Origin: a virus
Lineage: Duplodnaviria; Caudoviricetes
Direction: 5' to 3' (one strand)
Virus record (IMG/VR): IMGVR_UViG_3300017754_000073
Span: 1 to 37,791 of that record
Length of the DNA: 37,791 bases
In this document: positions 35,049 through 37,791 of the stretch, one piece after another
Numbering within the stretch: the first letter of the stretch is position 1
Layout of the letters: each line of letters begins with the position of its first letter
Program-made: the position numbers and the translations under genes
The notes under the pieces: model-generated
Seen by the model: the letters and a program-made list of their open reading frames with translations, nothing else
Told to the model about the DNA's origin: nothing
Database searches by the model: none

Positions 35049-37439
35049 TTAGTATGTCACCAGCTTGGCTGAGAAGTTGTCGATTGTGCCGACAAAGTTG
35101 CTGCCAATGACGCCAGCGTCTGTGCCAGTTGCAATGATCCGCTCGGTATAAGTGCCGGTGGACAAGACATAAGCACCACGGTTTGTTCCGCAGGCCGCAC
35201 GGACGTTTCCGCTTGTGTAAGAGGAGACGGTGTACGAGATGTCGTATGTGCTGCCACTGGTCAGCACTGCCTGATAGGTGGTCGTTGATGCGGTTGCACC
35301 AGTCAACACGCCACTACCGATTGACCAGCCAGAACCAACAGTCCAGCCAACAGCCGAGGAGAAGTCACCGTTTGTGATGAGTTCCGGGCCAATGGTCGCC
35401 AAGTCGGTGTTGTTAGATGAGGACGCCAATTGCAAGACTGTGCCGTTAGACACGAAGTCGTAAACGAACACCGCGCCGCTGGTTGTGCCGGTGCTCAAAG
35501 GCGCGACATAACCGAAGCCCTGTGTGAACCTGACCGTGTACGAGCTTGTGCCCGAAGTTACGATGAAAATAGTAATCCGAGTCCCAGCAGCAGGAACGCT
35601 GAAAAGAGCCAAATTGCTAGTTCCAGCAGGCGTGTAGGTGGCCGTATTGCTTTGCGCCAGAGTCGCGGTGAGATCGGTCGTAGCCGAAACAGGAATGTTC
35701 GTAACAGGGGGATACGAAGAATCGAATTTACCCGTAGTCTGCCGAAAGGTGACCGTACCCGTGACAGGATACGCTCCGGTGAAGTTCCAATAATTTGCTG
35801 CGGATTCCAAAACAGTGACGTTCTGGAAGGTGGGCAGAACTGCGTACACCGATTGCACGGTTTGACCCATCACAACGTCTTGGTCAAAGATGCAATCCTG
35901 AATGGTCAAGCCGTTGGCGTTGCTGATTTGCGACACGCTACTTCCGTAGCCGTCCACTTGGTTGTTGTCCAAGACCAGATCGCGGCTGGACATTCTTGCG
36001 ATTGGTGTCCCGGCTGGATCAGTGAGGTTGTACGCTTCACGAATGTCGATGTTTGTTGAGATACGGTTGTTGCTGATGGTCGTGTTGATACAACCCTTGG
36101 AGCGCAGGCCGTATGTGGCTGTGTTGGTTGTGTTGATGACGTTGTTCGAGAACGTGCTGTCCTTCATGTACAACTCAACAAGTGCAGAGCCGTAGTCCAC
36201 AACAGTTCCAGCGTTCACGATGTTGTTGCTGACCACGGAATTACGTGCGCCCTGCACCTTAAACGCAACACCCTCGTAACCACTGGTGATCCAAAAAATG
36301 TTTCCGGTTATGGTGAGTTCGTTATAGACATACGTGTCGATGTCAAACAAGCTGTAAATGTCTATGCCTCCACCAACACCCGGTATTGATGGAGAGCCAG
36401 CGTAGCCGACAAGATAGAACGTGTTGTTTCTAAAAGTCCACTTGCTTTGAGCACTGCCTTGACCGATGCGTCCGTACAAGTTGAATGTGCGCAGCTTGTC
36501 GAACACGCAGTTTTGCACTGTGATGAAAGACGAACCAGTGGCAACGGCTGGGGATTCGTTGTCGATCTCAATGCCGCCTTGCGTGGCCGATGCCGAATTG
36601 CTGGAGTCACCGGCAAAGCGCAGGCCATCAATCACAACATCTTGGCAGTTCAAAATCTTGATGATGCCTTGGAAGTTGTCAATGTTTTTGCCATCAAGCG
36701 TGGCGATGCGATCAGACACCAAGCGAACACCATAAACACTGCTCAGTTCGATCTCTGAGTTGATCAGATATTGGCCGTTGAAATACACCGGTAAACGAGC
36801 GTCACCGTATGCGGAGCGAATGGCACGGTCAACGGCAGCTTTGGAGTCGGCAACGCCAGTCGGGTCTGCACCAAACCATTCTGGGTGCACGTAGGTGACC
36901 GTTCCAGCAGCAAAGGTCACAACAGCGGAACTGTCAAACACTTTGTAGAGACCGGCTTGGAATGGCACTGCAATGTTCAGTGGTGCAGTCAGCTTGTAGA
37001 AAGCCGAGGGTTCTGGGAAGAACATGGCTTGGCCGGTAGCCAGTGCGGCGGTGATGGCCGCTGTGTCGTCAGTCACGCCATCACCAACAGCGCCGTAGTT
37101 GGTCACGCTGGGGATGCCGAGGCTGGTCAGGGTAACGTAACCCACATTGCCCGAAATGTTGTCGTATGTGGCAATCAAGACATCGGTCGAGGAGCGCACC
37201 ACAAACTTGTAGTTCAGGTTGTTTGTCAACCAGATTTCACCGCCATTGGGGACTCGGCCTGCCGAATCCAGAATGATCGGGTTGGTGTGCGCCACGTTAC
37301 CAGCACTTGTCGTGTAAGTGGCTAAAGGAGTGGTTGTTCCAGCAGTGTAGGAGTACAACTTGCCACCGGACAGGGGTGTACCGTTGGCATCAAAAAGCTG
37401 CGCACCTGCGCCAGCAAACATCGACAGGTTGACAGACAT
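35049..37439 (-). CDS. Tailspike / depolymerase (pectate-lyase-like beta-helix)
   Basis: N-terminal virion-binding domain (QLFDANGTPLSGGKLYSYTAGTTTP), YGAVGDGVTDDTAAI, Asn-ladder repeats, C-terminal ELITNGDFS domain. Confidence 0.88.
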   Translation of the reverse strand: MSVNLSMFAGAGAQLFDANGTPLSGGKLYSYTAGTTTPLATYTTSAGNVAHTNPIILDSAGRVPNGGEIWLTNNLNYKFVVRSSTDVLIATYDNISGNVGYVTLTSLGIPSVTNYGAVGDGVTDDTAAITAALATGQAMFFPEPSAFYKLTAPLNIAVPFQAGLYKVFDSSAVVTFAAGTVTYVHPEWFGADPTGVADSKAAVDRAIRSAYGDARLPVYFNGQYLINSEIELSSVYGVRLVSDRIATLDGKNIDNFQGIIKILNCQDVVIDGLRFAGDSSNSASATQGGIEIDNESPAVATGSSFITVQNCVFDKLRTFNLYGRIGQGSAQSKWTFRNNTFYLVGYAGSPSIPGVGGGIDIYSLFDIDTYVYNELTITGNIFWITSGYEGVAFKVQGARNSVVSNNIVNAGTVVDYGSALVELYMKDSTFSNNVINTTNTATYGLRSKGCINTTISNNRISTNIDIREAYNLTDPAGTPIARMSSRDLVLDNNQVDGYGSSVSQISNANGLTIQDCIFDQDVVMGQTVQSVYAVLPTFQNVTVLESAANYWNFTGAYPVTGTVTFRQTTGKFDSSYPPVTNIPVSATTDLTATLAQSNTATYTPAGTSNLALFSVPAAGTRITIFIVTSGTSSYTVRFTQGFGYVAPLSTGTTSGAVFVYDFVSNGTVLQLASSSNNTDLATIGPELITNGDFSSAVGWTVGSGWSIGSGVLTGATASTTTYQAVLTSGSTYDISYTVSSYTSGNVRAACGTNRGAYVLSTGTYTERIIATGTDAGVIGSNFVGTIDNFSAKLVTY

Positions 37440-37448
37440 GTAGGCTCC

Positions 37449-37791
37449 TTATGCGAGGAATTTTAGCTTGTATATGGCAGACAGGTAAACAGCAATGATC
37501 TCGTCAATGATGTTCTGCAAAGTCGTGTCAGTTTTACCGCAGACCTTGTACCGGTTTTCCTCGATGTAGGCCAGCGAGTCTTCCAAGAACGGCAGAATGG
37601 CACCGTCCTTGCGGGCTGACTTGAGCGAGATGGGGCCAATTAGACCATGACGGCCTTGGTATGCCTCGGCAAACTTGTCGGCAGCTTCCAAAACATCTCT
37701 GTAAAAGTGCCGCAGCGCCTTGTGTTTTGAGTAGGAACGGGTGTTGAGGTGGACGGAATGGGCCACATCCCGTGCCAAGAACAACTCACCA
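37449..37791 (-). CDS. Ferritin/Dps-like four-helix protein (5' end beyond window)
   Basis: HSVHLNTRSYSKHKAL..FY......DKFAEAYQG...LQNIIDEI; frame open to the window end. Confidence 0.78.
   Translation of the reverse strand, partial: GELFLARDVAHSVHLNTRSYSKHKALRHFYRDVLEAADKFAEAYQGRHGLIGPISLKSARKDGAILPFLEDSLAYIEENRYKVCGKTDTTLQNIIDEIIAVYLSAIYKLKFLA

Noticed and set aside
1-37791. tRNA, rRNA, introns, reverse transcriptase/DGR, alternative genetic code
   Set aside because: None recognised by eye. Genes read intact in the standard code using TAA, TGA and TAG stops. A covariance-model search would be needed to exclude small RNAs.

Overview
Almost the whole genome (37.8 kb, probably only a short stretch missing) of a P22-like podovirus. 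The host is likely a betaproteobacterium (inference). A long minus-strand arm carries Cro-like HTH, C5 methyltransferase, primase-helicase, an iteron origin, RusA, TerS, an unknown 474-aa protein, TerL, GroES and portal. It appears to continue across the window ends into a ferritin-like gene, tailspike, second fibre, scaffold, HNH, coat, gp4/gp10-like tail proteins, three ejection proteins and lysis genes. A plus-strand early arm (11197-19359) carries Sak4-like ATPase, DUF669 SSB, Cas4-like nuclease, SF2 helicase and many small genes. I recognise no integrase, CI-type repressor or DNA polymerase. The most striking non-coding element lies downstream of terS (5790-6070): a dif-like XerC/XerD site 10 bp from a cluster of DnaA boxes, next to a G-tract and T-tracts. 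Other highlights: a 17-bp palindromic operator found five times, one copy over the promoter of a leaderless antisense gene at the terL start; a nested alternative-frame ORF in the methyltransferase; and an HNH gene with a hairpin-occluded RBS beside an apparently recoded coat-gene 5' end. All product calls come from motif recognition and synteny, not database searches.
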